64,000 bases of DNA from Candidatus Eiseniibacteriota bacterium (lineage in GTDB: Bacteria > Eisenbacteria > RBG-16-71-46): contig CAVUWA010000001.1 in assembly GCA_963744995.1 (NCBI GenBank), forward strand, positions 192,001-256,000. The letters are read 5' to 3'. This document shows, piece after piece, positions 28,941-39,007 of this stretch. Under the pieces are notes generated by a model. That model had not been told where the DNA came from. It saw only the letters and a program-made list of their open reading frames with translations, and made no database searches. Numbering within the stretch: the stretch's first letter is position 1; the number at the start of each line of letters is the position of its first letter. The translations under genes were made by a program, and so were the position numbers.

Positions 28941-30344
28941 TCAGCGCGAAGCCGCGAGCGCCGCGGCCAGCGCAGCCGCGAGCAAAGGCACCTCGCGGTC
29001 GGCGAGTGTTCGCGGGTCGAGGCGCAGCCGGTCGTTGCGAATGACGCCCACGATCGGCGGCTCGGCGGCGCGCGCGAGGGCTTCGAGCGCGCGGGCGCTC
29101 TTCCCGGGGACCCGCACGTCCACCACCGGGCCCGTGAGCTTCTGCAGCGGCAGCGCGCCGCCGCCGACTTCCCCGGCGCCCGCGGCGATCATGGCCTCGA
29201 TGCCGGGCGCGCGCTTCTCGAGTGCGGCTTTGAGCCGCCGCGCGCGCCGCGCCAGCACGGCCGGCGGCGTGGCCAGCATCGCCAGCGTCGGAATCTCGCG
29301 CACGGCGCGCTCGGGATCTGCATAGAGCGGCAACGTGGCTTCGAGCGCGGCGAGCGCCAGCTTGTCGAGCCGCAGCGCGCGGGCGAGCGGGTCGCTCCGG
29401 AGCTGCTTCATCCACTTTTCGCGCCCGAGCACCATGCCGGCCTGCGCGGCGCCGAGCAGCTTGTCGCCCGAAAACGTCACCAGGTCCACGCCCTGCTTCA
29501 GGCTCTCGGCCACGGTCGGCTCGTGCTCGAGCCCGAACGCGGCGACGTCCGCGAGCGCGCCGCTTCCCAGGTCCTCGATCAGCGGCACGCGCTTCCGGCG
29601 CGCGAGCGCGGCCAGCTCGGCGATCTCCGGCTGCCTCGTGAAACCCTGCATGCGGAAATTGCTGCGGTGCACGCGCAGGATCGCGGCGACGTCGGCATGC
29701 TGCGCGAACGCGCGCTCGTAGTCGCGGAGGTGCGTGCGGTTGGTGGCGCCCACCTCGATCAGCCGGGCGCCGCTCTTCTCCATCACCTCGGGCACGCGGA
29801 ACGAGCCGCCGATTTCGACCAGCTCGCCCCGTGACACCACCACGCCGCGTCCTGCGGCCACGGCCGACAGCGCGAGCAGCACCGCACCGGCGCCGTTGTT
29901 GACCACCACCGCGGCCTCCGCGCCGGTGAGCCGCGTGAGCCAGCGCTCGACCCCGGTGCCGCGCTGGCCCCGGCGGCCGGTCTCGAGATCGAGCTCGAGG
30001 CTCGCGTAGCCTTCGGCGACCCGAGCGACCGCCTCGCGCGCGGGCGCCGCGTACGGCGCGCGGCCGAGATTGGTGTGGAGCACGATGCCGGTGGCGTTGA
30101 GCACGCGCCGGAGCACGGGCCGCGCCGCGAGGTGCGCGCGCGCGGCGGCGGTCCCGGCGAGCATCGCGGCCGACGGCACCTCCGCGCGACCGTTCCTGCG
30201 CAGCACCGCGCGCGCCGCATTCACGCTGTCGCGCACGGCCTCGACCACGATCGGCCGTGGCAGCGTTTCCAGCGCCCGGGCGAGCGCCGGCTGTCCGAGC
30301 ACGGTCTCCACGGCGGGGAGCTTCTGGAGCGCGTTCTTCTTCAT
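28941..30344 (-). CDS. selA: L-seryl-tRNA(Sec) selenium transferase
   Basis: NATGIVLHTNLGRA, VNNGAGA, SRGELVEIGGSFR, EVGATNRT, DLGSG, PLP-Lys motif FSGDKLLG. Confidence 0.95.
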   Translation of the reverse strand: MKKNALQKLPAVETVLGQPALARALETLPRPIVVEAVRDSVNAARAVLRRNGRAEVPSAAMLAGTAAARAHLAARPVLRRVLNATGIVLHTNLGRAPYAAPAREAVARVAEGYASLELDLETGRRGQRGTGVERWLTRLTGAEAAVVVNNGAGAVLLALSAVAAGRGVVVSRGELVEIGGSFRVPEVMEKSGARLIEVGATNRTHLRDYERAFAQHADVAAILRVHRSNFRMQGFTRQPEIAELAALARRKRVPLIEDLGSGALADVAAFGLEHEPTVAESLKQGVDLVTFSGDKLLGAAQAGMVLGREKWMKQLRSDPLARALRLDKLALAALEATLPLYADPERAVREIPTLAMLATPPAVLARRARRLKAALEKRAPGIEAMIAAGAGEVGGGALPLQKLTGPVVDVRVPGKSARALEALARAAEPPIVGVIRNDRLRLDPRTLADREVPLLAAALAAALAASR

Positions 30345-30465
30345 GGCGCGCGATCCTACCGGCGCGGCGTCCGCGGCGAAAGCGGACCGGGCAGCCGCGG
30401 CCGATCGGGCGCGGCCGGGGTCGAGGGCGACGGTGCTGCGGATCCCGCGCCCGGGCCGGGTGCGT

Positions 30466-30999
30466 TCAGTCGATCGGCCACTCGCCCGCCAGCAGGCGCG
30501 GCACCAGCGGCTGCACGATCCGCCAGGTCGCCCCCCACAGGCGGTGGGGTCCGAGGCGCAGGAACTCGATGCGCACGGGCTCCGCCATGCCGGCGAAGCG
30601 TTCGTGCGTCTCCCCGAGCAGGTCCTCGCGGGCGAGGTCCGCGACCGCGATCTCGAGCACTTCGCTCACCTCCGCCGCCTGCGGGGTCCATGGGCCCGGG
30701 CGGACGCGGGCGAGGTAGGGGTGGATGCGGTAGCCGGAGCTGTAGGTGGTGATCGTCGGCAGCTCGGCGAGCATCCGGACCCCCTGGCGATCGAGTCCGA
30801 TCTCCTCTTCGGCCTCGCGCAGCGCGGTCTCGGCATAGCTGGCGTCCACCGACTCGCGGCGTCCGCCCGGAAAGGCGATCTGGCCGCCGTGAATGCCGTG
30901 CTCGGTGCGGCGGATGAACACCATGCGCAGCCGCCCGGCCGCGTCCCGGAAGACCGGCGCGAGGACCGCGGCATCACGAAGGCGGGTGCTCTGGATCAT
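30466..30999 (-). CDS. Nudix hydrolase, CoA pyrophosphatase type
   Basis: AAVL.P, HGGQIAFPGG, TALREAEEEIG, LWGATW. Confidence 0.9.
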   Translation of the reverse strand: MIQSTRLRDAAVLAPVFRDAAGRLRMVFIRRTEHGIHGGQIAFPGGRRESVDASYAETALREAEEEIGLDRQGVRMLAELPTITTYSSGYRIHPYLARVRPGPWTPQAAEVSEVLEIAVADLAREDLLGETHERFAGMAEPVRIEFLRLGPHRLWGATWRIVQPLVPRLLAGEWPID

Positions 31000-31133
31000 G
31001 GCCGCCACTTTACACCGGCCGCGGGCGAGCGGCGTTCGGGAACGGTCAGAAACGCGGGCCGCGCGGGCCCTGGTGGCGGAACGAGACGGCCGCCGGGCGC
31101 ACGCGGCACGCACGCCCCGACCGCAAAGCAGGA

Positions 31134-31173
31134 GCCCGCAGCCGGAGGACCGTCATGGTCTTCCGGCCGCGGG
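31134..31173 (-). terminator. Long GC-rich hairpin downstream of the Tad locus (possible intrinsic terminator)
   Basis: GCCCGC-A-GCCGGAGGACC/GGTCTTCCGGC-C-GCGGGC stem, followed on the minus strand by a weak TCCTGCTTT tail. Confidence 0.4.
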
Positions 31174-31277
31174 CCGGGAGGAGCCGGATGGAACCGGCTT
31201 CTTCGAGGGGGGAATACCGCGGTGCATTCGAGGTTGGCGCTGAAACGCATCCGCGGCGGCGGGATGTCGCCGAAGGC

Positions 31278-31382
31278 CTAGCGGTGCCTGGCCTTCTTCC
31301 GCGACGCAACGCGCGAATACCAGAGGAGCCCGAACACGACCACCAGGGCCCAGAGGACGATGTTCATCACCAAGGCGCTCAC
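31278..31382 (-). CDS. Small single-TM protein (29-34 aa), not in the ORF track
   Basis: VSALVMNIVLWALVVVFGLLWYSRVASRKKARHR*; AAAGGAAGG SD; GC-rich third codon positions; start ambiguous. Confidence 0.65.
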   Translation of the reverse strand: MSALVMNIVLWALVVVFGLLWYSRVASRKKARHR

Positions 31383-31454
31383 CTTCCTTTCAAGCGGCGG
31401 GCCGGACGCGGACGTCCGACCGGGGTGCGGCCCGGCGCATACCGGGCCTCACGA

Positions 31455-32372
31455 TCAGTTGGCCACCAGGGCCTTCATGAGCTGGATGCCGGCGGGCCCG
31501 AGAATCACGACGAGCAGGGCCGGGAAGATCAGGAAGACGAGCGGGAAGGCGAGCTTGATGCTGGCCTTGCGCGCGAGCTGTTCGGCGCGCTGACGCCGCT
31601 TGGTCCGCATGGATTCGGCGTGCGAGCGCAGCGACTGCGCGATGCTGGTGCCGAGCTTGTCGGTCTGGATCAGCATGGCGACCAGCGAGTAGATGTCCTC
31701 GACGCCGGTCCGCTCGGCCAGATTGCGCAGCGCATCGGTGCGCGACACGCCGGTCTGCATCTCCTGGTTCACCAGCAGCAGCTCCTCCGAGAGCGACCGG
31801 CTGGCCAGAGCCATCTCCTGGCCGACGCGCTGGATCGCCGCCGCCATGCCGAGGCCGGCCTCGACGCACACGACCATGAGGTCGAGCGAGTCGGGCAGCG
31901 CCGACTGGATGTCGTCGTGACGCTGGCGCTGGCGCAGGGCGATGAACCACGTCGGCACGTAGAAGCCGATGACCGCGAGCAGCAACGACCAGCTGATCGC
32001 GCTGCCGAGCGGCCGCGCGGTGACGTAGCTGACGGCCGACCACATGACCGGCACCGCGGCGGCCATGAGCAGCTTCGAGCCCATGAACACCAGCGGCGCC
32101 TCGTGGCTGCGGTAGCCCGCCCGCACGAGACCCGAGCGCAGCGCGTCGGCGCTGTCGCTGGCAGGCATGAAGCCGCCGATCGTGGCCAGCAGCTTGAGGA
32201 AGAACGGGGGCCGGTGTCCGTACGTGACGACGGCCGCGCCGCGCGACGAGCGCAGCTCGCGCAGCCGTGCGGCCACGGGGCTCTTGTCCGCGGTCACGCG
32301 GACGTGCACGGCGTAGGCGGCCGCGGAGATCGCGGCGAAGACCAGCAGGCTCATCAATACGGGAATCATCAT
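31455..32372 (-). CDS. tadC: Tad pilus platform protein TadC
   Basis: LPDSLDLMVVCVEAGLG, QTDKLGTSI, RRQRAEQLA, FPLVFLIFP. Confidence 0.93.
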   Translation of the reverse strand: MMIPVLMSLLVFAAISAAAYAVHVRVTADKSPVAARLRELRSSRGAAVVTYGHRPPFFLKLLATIGGFMPASDSADALRSGLVRAGYRSHEAPLVFMGSKLLMAAAVPVMWSAVSYVTARPLGSAISWSLLLAVIGFYVPTWFIALRQRQRHDDIQSALPDSLDLMVVCVEAGLGMAAAIQRVGQEMALASRSLSEELLLVNQEMQTGVSRTDALRNLAERTGVEDIYSLVAMLIQTDKLGTSIAQSLRSHAESMRTKRRQRAEQLARKASIKLAFPLVFLIFPALLVVILGPAGIQLMKALVAN

Positions 32373-32375
32373 GGG

Positions 32376-33332
32376 TCACACCCTGATGTTGACGATCTTG
32401 CGGATGACGAGAATGCCCCCGAGCTGGAGGAAGCCCGCGACCCACAGCGCCGCGCGGCCGCTCTCGCTGTCGATCATGGGCCGGAAGTAGTCCGGCGTCA
32501 TGACGAACGTGAACAGCGCGATGCAGGTGGGAAGTGCGGTGAGAATCCAGCCCGTCAGGCGACCCTGCGCCGTGAACGTCTTGATGTCGCCGAAGATCCG
32601 GAAGCGGTCGCGGATCAGCTTGGCGGTGTTCTCGAGGATCTCCGCCAGGTTGCCGCCGGTATCGCGCTGCAGGATCACCGCGGTGACGAAGAAACGCAGG
32701 TCGAGCGAGTCGACGCGCTTCGAAAGATTGACCAGCGCCTCACGCGTATCGATGCCGAGCGCCTGCTCCTCGACCGTGTAGGCGAACTCGCCGCGCACGG
32801 GCTCGGGCGACTCCTCGGCCACGATCTGCATGGCGGCCGTGAACGACAGCCCGGCGCGCAGCGCGCTCACCAGCAGGTCCAGCGCATCGGGGAACTCCTG
32901 CGCGAACGCCTTCATGCGCTTGCCCTTGCGATACAGCACGTACAGGTACGGCATCGGCGCGGCGATGGCGGTGAACAGCACCGCCGGCATCACACGGTGC
33001 GTGAGCGCCGTGCCGAGGAAGTAGCCGCCCATCGCGAACGAGCCGACCAGCAGCACGAGCACGCCCGAGCGCATGGACATGCCGGCCTGGTAGAGCATGA
33101 ACTCGAGATGCCGGCCCCAGTTGATCGAGTGCAGCACCCGGTCGAGGAACGGGATCGAGCTGTAGCGGCCGTCACGCTCGACGCTGACCCCGGCGCGCCG
33201 GTGGTCACCCGCGGCGATCGACTGCAGCCGCGACTGCATCGCGCGCAGCCCCGCACCGCTCCGGTGCAGCACCAGACCGGTGAGACCCAGCGCGACCGCG
33301 AGGAAGATCAGCAGTGAGAATGCGAGGATCAT
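32376..33332 (-). CDS. tadB: Tad pilus platform protein TadB
   Basis: [36 protein letters not shown] overlap with cpaF. Confidence 0.93.
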   Translation of the reverse strand: MILAFSLLIFLAVALGLTGLVLHRSGAGLRAMQSRLQSIAAGDHRRAGVSVERDGRYSSIPFLDRVLHSINWGRHLEFMLYQAGMSMRSGVLVLLVGSFAMGGYFLGTALTHRVMPAVLFTAIAAPMPYLYVLYRKGKRMKAFAQEFPDALDLLVSALRAGLSFTAAMQIVAEESPEPVRGEFAYTVEEQALGIDTREALVNLSKRVDSLDLRFFVTAVILQRDTGGNLAEILENTAKLIRDRFRIFGDIKTFTAQGRLTGWILTALPTCIALFTFVMTPDYFRPMIDSESGRAALWVAGFLQLGGILVIRKIVNIRV

Positions 33333-34711
33333 GACGCCCTCTTGAGCTTGGTGCCGCGTTCGAAGAGACTCGGCGGGACCTCGATGCCCGTGACCCGGAT
33401 GCGGTCCAGGCACTTCGGCACCATGCCCGTCGCTTCGAAGTGGCCCTGTACCTTGCCCTCGGCATCGACGCCGCTGGCGACGAAGCGGAAGATCTCCTGC
33501 ATCGTCACGACCGGGCCCTCCATGCCCAGGATTTCCTGTACCGACAGCAGCTTGCGCTGGCCGTCCGCAAGGCGCGAGACGTGCACCATCAGGTCGAGCG
33601 CCGACGAGATCTGCTCGCGGATCGCCTTGTCGGGGAGCGAGTGCCCGGCCATCAACACCAGGTTCTCCATGCGGTGCAGCGCGTCGCGCGGACCGTTGGA
33701 GTGGATCGTGGTCATCGACCCTTCGTGGCCGGTGTTCATCGCCTGGAGCATGTCCAGCACTTCGTCACCGCGGACTTCGCCGACGACGATCCGGTCGGGC
33801 CGCATGCGCAGCGCATTCTTGACGAGGTCGCGCTGCGTGATCTGGCCCTTGCCTTCGATGTTCGGTGGCCGCGTCTCGAGGCGCACGACGTGCGGCTGCT
33901 GCAGCTGGAGCTCGGCCGAGTCTTCGATCGTCACGATGCGCTCCTGCGCCGGGATGTAGCGCGACAGGATGTTCAGCAGCGTCGTCTTGCCGGAGCCGGT
34001 GCCGCCCGTGATCAGCATGTTGAGCCGGGCGTGGATGCAGCCGGTGAGGAACTGCGCGACCTCGGGGGTCAGCGTGTCGAGGCTGAGCAGGTCGTCGATG
34101 CTCAGGGCGCGGCGGCGGAAGCGGCGGATCGAGAGGATCGGCCCGTCGATCGCAGCCGGCGGGATGATCGCGTTGACGCGCGAGCCGTCCGGCAGGCGCG
34201 CGTCCACGAGCGGCGTGGATTCGTCGATGCGGCGGCCGACGCGCGAGATGATGCGGTCGATGATCAATCGGAGATGGGCGTCGTCGCGGAACGACACCGG
34301 GGTCAGCTCGAGGCGACCGAGCCGCTCGATGTACACCTGGCGATGCGTGTTCACCAGGATGTCGCTGATCTCCTCGTCGAGCAGCAGAGGCGTGATCGGG
34401 CCGAGGTCGAACGTGTCGTGGAGCAGCTCGGTGATCAGGCGCTCCTCGTCGCCGCGGGTGAGACGAATGTCGGAATCCGCCAGCATGCGGCGCGCGACGC
34501 GCTCGACCTGCACGCGGCGTTCGCCGTCTTCCATCGCCTCCAGCTGCGCGAGGTCCAGCTTCGAGATCAGTTCGCGGTGCAGCTGCTTCTTGATGACCTG
34601 ATAGCGATCGAGAGCGTTGTCCTTGGCCGGCCGCGCGCCGAGGACCGGCACGGCCTGGGGCCCGTTGCCGCTGCCGTGAGCATCGCGACCGAGACGCTGG
34701 CGGAAGTTCAT
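33329..34711 (-). CDS. cpaF: Tad pilus assembly ATPase CpaF/TadA
   Basis: [50 protein letters not shown]. Confidence 0.96.
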   Translation of the reverse strand: MNFRQRLGRDAHGSGNGPQAVPVLGARPAKDNALDRYQVIKKQLHRELISKLDLAQLEAMEDGERRVQVERVARRMLADSDIRLTRGDEERLITELLHDTFDLGPITPLLLDEEISDILVNTHRQVYIERLGRLELTPVSFRDDAHLRLIIDRIISRVGRRIDESTPLVDARLPDGSRVNAIIPPAAIDGPILSIRRFRRRALSIDDLLSLDTLTPEVAQFLTGCIHARLNMLITGGTGSGKTTLLNILSRYIPAQERIVTIEDSAELQLQQPHVVRLETRPPNIEGKGQITQRDLVKNALRMRPDRIVVGEVRGDEVLDMLQAMNTGHEGSMTTIHSNGPRDALHRMENLVLMAGHSLPDKAIREQISSALDLMVHVSRLADGQRKLLSVQEILGMEGPVVTMQEIFRFVASGVDAEGKVQGHFEATGMVPKCLDRIRVTGIEVPPSLFERGTKLKRAS

Positions 34712-34717
34712 CGCGTA

Positions 34718-35926
34718 TTACCCCTTTCCAAAGAAACGCAGGCGTCCCGAACGGCGCGCCGGGACGGCGACCTCGGACTCCTCGATGGCATCTGCGGGAA
34801 CGAGCTTGCGCGCGAGCGCATGGATGTCGCGCGCGGCCCTGCTCTCGCCGGATTCGCCGCACAGCGGCTCGCCCATGTTGATCGAACGGCTGACCGCCCC
34901 GTAGTCGTTGGCGACCGTGCCGAACACCGGGATGCCGAGCGTGTCCTCGATCTGGCTGCGATCGATCGCGCTCTGATCCGTGAAGCGGTTGACGACGAGC
35001 CGCACGCGGTCCGGGACGCTCATGAAGTTGAGCTTGCCGAGGATGTCGAGCGAGCGGCGCGCGGCGCGCACCGACGGAATGCTCAGCTCGGTCACCAGGA
35101 GAATCGTGCTCGAACGATCGAAGATCTCGAGGGTGAACTCGTTGAAGACGTGCGGGCAGTCCACGACCACGCGGTCGTGCGTCGAGTTCAGGATCTCGAC
35201 CATGTTGCCGACCTGCTCCGGGGTCACCCCGGCCACCCGGTCGAGCTGTTCGGGCTGCGGCAGCACCTTGATGCCGCTCTTGTGGCGCATCAAGGCGTCC
35301 TGGACGCTGGCCGAGTCGATGCGCACCGCCTCGACGACGTCCGCCACCGAGAACTTGGGGGTGATGCCGAGCATGAACGCCGCGTCGCCCGACTGGTAGT
35401 CGAAGTCCGCCAGCACGACCTCGCGCTGGGTGAGCCCGCGCATGCTCACGGCGAGGTTCACGGCGAGCGTGCTGATGCCGGAACCACCCTTGATGCTGAA
35501 CAGCGTGACCACCCCGCGTGCCGCCCCGCCGCTCGCGCCGTTGCGCTGGGCATTGAGGCTCGCCACGCGTTCGACGGCCTGCGACAAGGCGCTGCGGTCG
35601 AGCGGCCGGCGCAGCACCTCCTGCGCGCCGGCGCGGAGCGCACGCAGCAGCGTGTCGGAGTCGTTGGCGTCCGTCATCAGGAAGATCGCGCAGTTCGGGT
35701 GCTGCATGTGGTACTGCGCGGCGATGCTCAGCCCATCGTCCAGCGGCGGCGCCAGTTCCATGATCAGGATCTGCGGCTGCACCTGGCTCGCGAGCGCGAT
35801 GCCGGAACGCAGGTCGGGCCGCTCGCCGACGACCTGCACGCCGGGCAGCGCGTCCAGCGCTGCGTGCAGCTGATTCCGTTCGATCGGATCGCGGTGGATG
35901 ATGACGACGGAGAGATTGACGCTCAT
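34718..35926 (-). CDS. cpaE: CpaE/TadZ: pseudo-receiver domain + MinD-like ATPase
   Basis: N-terminal REC-like fold (LRAGAQEVL), KGGSGISTLAVNLA, LVVNR; position in the Tad locus. Confidence 0.9.
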   Translation of the reverse strand: MSVNLSVVIIHRDPIERNQLHAALDALPGVQVVGERPDLRSGIALASQVQPQILIMELAPPLDDGLSIAAQYHMQHPNCAIFLMTDANDSDTLLRALRAGAQEVLRRPLDRSALSQAVERVASLNAQRNGASGGAARGVVTLFSIKGGSGISTLAVNLAVSMRGLTQREVVLADFDYQSGDAAFMLGITPKFSVADVVEAVRIDSASVQDALMRHKSGIKVLPQPEQLDRVAGVTPEQVGNMVEILNSTHDRVVVDCPHVFNEFTLEIFDRSSTILLVTELSIPSVRAARRSLDILGKLNFMSVPDRVRLVVNRFTDQSAIDRSQIEDTLGIPVFGTVANDYGAVSRSINMGEPLCGESGESRAARDIHALARKLVPADAIEESEVAVPARRSGRLRFFGKG

Positions 35927-35939
35927 GTCCTGGCCTTCC

Positions 35940-36977
35940 CTACTGGACGAGTCGGATCGTGAACAGGGTGCCTGCGCTGCTGCCGCCGCCGTTGCTTTCC
36001 CCGGGGGCGACGTCGTAGAGGAACTCGCCGACGACCGAGCTGCTGCTGGGACGGCGCTTGAGGAAGAACGCGTAGAAGCCGGTGATGCGGACCAGTTTCT
36101 TGCCCGGCACGTCGAACGACTCGATGCCGGGCACATACACGACCCGCTTGCTGTTGCCGGTGTATTCGCTGTAGCAGATGTTCTCGCGGCGGTCCGTGTC
36201 GGCGTCCCAGCGCGCCTGCAGGCCCTGGCGGAACGGGCCGACCTTGTTGCCGGGCTGCGTGGGCACGAATTCGTCGCCGATGCTGACGCAACAGCCGTAG
36301 CCGTTCTCGGTCAGGCAGCGGATCTCGGCGCCGCCGCCGCCGACGTCGGCACACGGGCCCTCGTCGCAGTCGGCGTAGTCGAGCAGCTGGAAGTTGCCCT
36401 GCTCGACATCCCCGTTCTGGTCCACCTTCAGGCTGTATTCATTGGCGCAGCCGGTCTGAAACCCGCCGTTGGGCGGGTCGACCGGCGCCATGGGCAGCAG
36501 GCCCTCGCAGATCGAATCGAGCGGCTCGACCTTGGCGGTCGCGGACGCGTTGAGGCTCAGCGACTTGATGCCGAGAACCTGAGCGACGTAGGTCACCACC
36601 TCGCCGCCGAGCGTCGCCGTGCGGCGCACGATCACCTTGCATTCGTCGGGCGCGGGGAACGTGACGTCGGCAGCGGCCACCTGCACCGGTTCGGGCTTGT
36701 CCACGAACGCCTTGTTCTGGAGCGCGGTGAACTGCGCTTTCTGAACGGCGTCGTCCTGTACCAGCGTGCCCGTCTGGAAGTCGACCGCGCTGGCCCCGGC
36801 GAGCGCCGCGGCGTCCGCCGCGTTCTGCAGCTGGGTGCGGGTCGCCGCCACCTTGGCCGTATCGATGCCGAGCGCCACGAATCCCAGGATGCCCAGGAGG
36901 AACAGGGCCATCCAGATCATCACGGCGCCGCGCTGGCGCTGGTTGCGGTCGTTCGAGGGACGCACGATCGACTCCAT
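35940..36977 (-). CDS. TadG-like pilus protein
   Basis: RQRGAV pseudopilin-like N-terminus, LQNAADAAALAGA, ASATA; Cys-rich C-terminal domain. Confidence 0.85.
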   Translation of the reverse strand: MESIVRPSNDRNQRQRGAVMIWMALFLLGILGFVALGIDTAKVAATRTQLQNAADAAALAGASAVDFQTGTLVQDDAVQKAQFTALQNKAFVDKPEPVQVAAADVTFPAPDECKVIVRRTATLGGEVVTYVAQVLGIKSLSLNASATAKVEPLDSICEGLLPMAPVDPPNGGFQTGCANEYSLKVDQNGDVEQGNFQLLDYADCDEGPCADVGGGGAEIRCLTENGYGCCVSIGDEFVPTQPGNKVGPFRQGLQARWDADTDRRENICYSEYTGNSKRVVYVPGIESFDVPGKKLVRITGFYAFFLKRRPSSSSVVGEFLYDVAPGESNGGGSSAGTLFTIRLVQ

Positions 36978-36996
36978 TCGGGCCGCGGAGGCCCTG

Positions 36997-38079
36997 CTAT
37001 TCCAGACCCGGCATGGCGCCGGTGGCCGGATTCACGATCTCGGGCGACACGACCACCATGAGCTCGCGCTCGGTGTTCTGCGTCACCGTGTTGGTGAAGA
37101 AGAAGCCGAGCAGCGGGATGTGGCCCAGAATGGGCACGCGCCGCACGACGTTCGACTTGTCGGTCTGCTTGAGGCCGCCGATCACCAGGTACTCGCCGGC
37201 GTTCATGCGCACGGTGGTCGAGGTCCTGCGGACGTTGAGGGTCGGCACCACGAATCCCGAAAGCGACAGCGTGTTCGTGAAGTCGACCTTGCTGACCTCG
37301 GTCTCGACCTGCAGGTCGATGGCGCCGTCGTCCAGCACGGTCGGAGTGAAGTTCACGCGCACGCCGAACTCACGCCATTCGATCGTCACGGTGGTCTGGC
37401 CGTTGGCACCGGAGCCGCTGGCGATCGGCACCGGGAACTCGCCGCCGGCGAGGAACTGCGCCTTCTGCCCGCTGCGGGCGACCAGCGTCGGGTCGGCCAG
37501 CACGTGGATCTTGCCCTGCTCTTCCAGCGCCTTCCAGGTGCTCTGCAGCAGCCAGCTGCCGCCGTTCTTGACGTAGCCGAGCGCGCCGTCGGTACTGGGA
37601 CCGATGGTGAGCGGGATCGAGGGCGACGACACCTTGGTCGTGTACAGACCGCCCTGCAGGGCGCCGTCGAGCCAGCGCTTGCTGCTCGAGCCCTCGCCGT
37701 ACCAGTCGAAGCCGAGTTCCTTGCTGACGTCGTCCGAGACCTCGGCGACGCGCGTGCTCAGTTTCACCTGCTGATTGGCGTTGGGCGTGTAGACGTCGAC
37801 GTCGTACATCGTGTACTTGCCGCCTTCGTTGTACACCACGAGGCTGGTTTTGCCGGCCTTCTTCGCGTTCACGACCACGGTGCGCTCCGAGCCCACCGCG
37901 GCGTCGGCGATCTCCGGCTCGGCGATCGCCACCGTCGTGACGGTGGCGTTCGACTCGACCACGTGGGCGTGTCCGACGGGAATCCGCAGGGTCTCCGCCA
38001 TCGCAGGCGCCGCCAGGGCGAAGGCCCCGACCAGCACCGCGGCCACGGCGCCCTTGATCACTGCACTGAGCGAATGCAT
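36997..38079 (-). CDS. cpaC: Tad secretin CpaC/RcpA
   Basis: Signal peptide, VAIAEPEIADA, LADPTLVARSGQKAQFLAGGEFP, EFGVR, VPILGHIPLLGFFF, ELMVVVSP; AAGGAGG SD. Confidence 0.93.
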   Translation of the reverse strand: MHSLSAVIKGAVAAVLVGAFALAAPAMAETLRIPVGHAHVVESNATVTTVAIAEPEIADAAVGSERTVVVNAKKAGKTSLVVYNEGGKYTMYDVDVYTPNANQQVKLSTRVAEVSDDVSKELGFDWYGEGSSSKRWLDGALQGGLYTTKVSSPSIPLTIGPSTDGALGYVKNGGSWLLQSTWKALEEQGKIHVLADPTLVARSGQKAQFLAGGEFPVPIASGSGANGQTTVTIEWREFGVRVNFTPTVLDDGAIDLQVETEVSKVDFTNTLSLSGFVVPTLNVRRTSTTVRMNAGEYLVIGGLKQTDKSNVVRRVPILGHIPLLGFFFTNTVTQNTERELMVVVSPEIVNPATGAMPGLE

Positions 38080-38126
38080 CTGGTGAATCCTCCTTGCGTG
38101 AGGGCTACGGCCGTCCGTGGCGGTGC

Positions 38127-38984
38127 TCATTGCGTGACGCTGTCGGAGACGGCTGGGGTTTCACTGACTTTCGCATCGCGAATGATGCGGATCTTCGAAG
38201 GCACCGACGGCTTGGTCGAAGCCGCCTGCCGCGCCGGCGTGCTGCGACGGTAGTGACGTACGGGCTTCGGCTTGGACTTACCGAGCATCTCGCCGGTGGT
38301 GAGTGCGGCGACCTGGACTTCGTCCTGGTCTTCCGGATTGCGCAGCACGAGGTGGATCTCGCCTTCATAGCCGGCATGGGCCAGAGCCTCGGCGCCCTGC
38401 GGGTCGAGCAGCAGCGTCACGCTCTGCACCGTGATCGGCTTGTTGTCGCGCTGCTCGGTCTTCTGGCCGGCGGCGAGCACTTCGATGTTCTGCAGAATGG
38501 TGCGGGTGACGGCATCCTCGTTCGTGCGGTGGTTGTCCACCGTGACGAGCACGTCGACGCGGTCACCCGGGAGCACGAAGCCCGAGACGCCGCTGACCTG
38601 GTCGACCTGCACGCTGGCGGCGCGCATCGTCGGGCGCACCAGCATCGACAGGCCGCCGCCGCGCGACGACAGCTTGATCGCCGTCACCGGCTCGCGCGCG
38701 CTCATGAACACCTTGGTGGTCTGGCCGACCACGGAGTCGATGTCCGCGTAGGCGCCCTCGGGAACGGCGTCCTTCGGGTAGCGCGCCGTGCGCAGCATCG
38801 CGCGGTCCATCTTCTGTCCGAACGTCAGGTCCGTCGCCGTCACGACGACGTTGCGATAGTTCTTTTCGTTGGCCGCCGCGGCTCTGCCCGCGATCGACGT
38901 GACGCCGTAGTAGGCCACCACGGCCGCCGCGCCGGCGAGCAAGACGGCGAGCACCATGAACACCTTGCCCTTGCCATCGTTCAC
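38127..38984 (-). CDS. cpaB: Flp pilus assembly protein CpaB/RcpC
   Basis: VVVTATDL (SAF), MRAASV, GVSGFVLPGDRVDV, ILQNIEVLA, LVLRN. Confidence 0.93.
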   Translation of the reverse strand: MNDGKGKVFMVLAVLLAGAAAVVAYYGVTSIAGRAAAANEKNYRNVVVTATDLTFGQKMDRAMLRTARYPKDAVPEGAYADIDSVVGQTTKVFMSAREPVTAIKLSSRGGGLSMLVRPTMRAASVQVDQVSGVSGFVLPGDRVDVLVTVDNHRTNEDAVTRTILQNIEVLAAGQKTEQRDNKPITVQSVTLLLDPQGAEALAHAGYEGEIHLVLRNPEDQDEVQVAALTTGEMLGKSKPKPVRHYRRSTPARQAASTKPSVPSKIRIIRDAKVSETPAVSDSVTQ

Positions 38985-39007
38985 GATCTCGATCCTCCGA
39001 TCCGTGG

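Noticed and set aside
30345..31277. Searched for tRNA-Sec (selC) near selA
   Set aside because: No TCA anticodon arm or cloverleaf was found.
34718..35926. Degenerate Walker A (KGGSGIST) and Asp-to-Glu receiver site in CpaE
   Set aside because: Atypical receiver and deviant Walker A are normal for CpaE/TadZ proteins.
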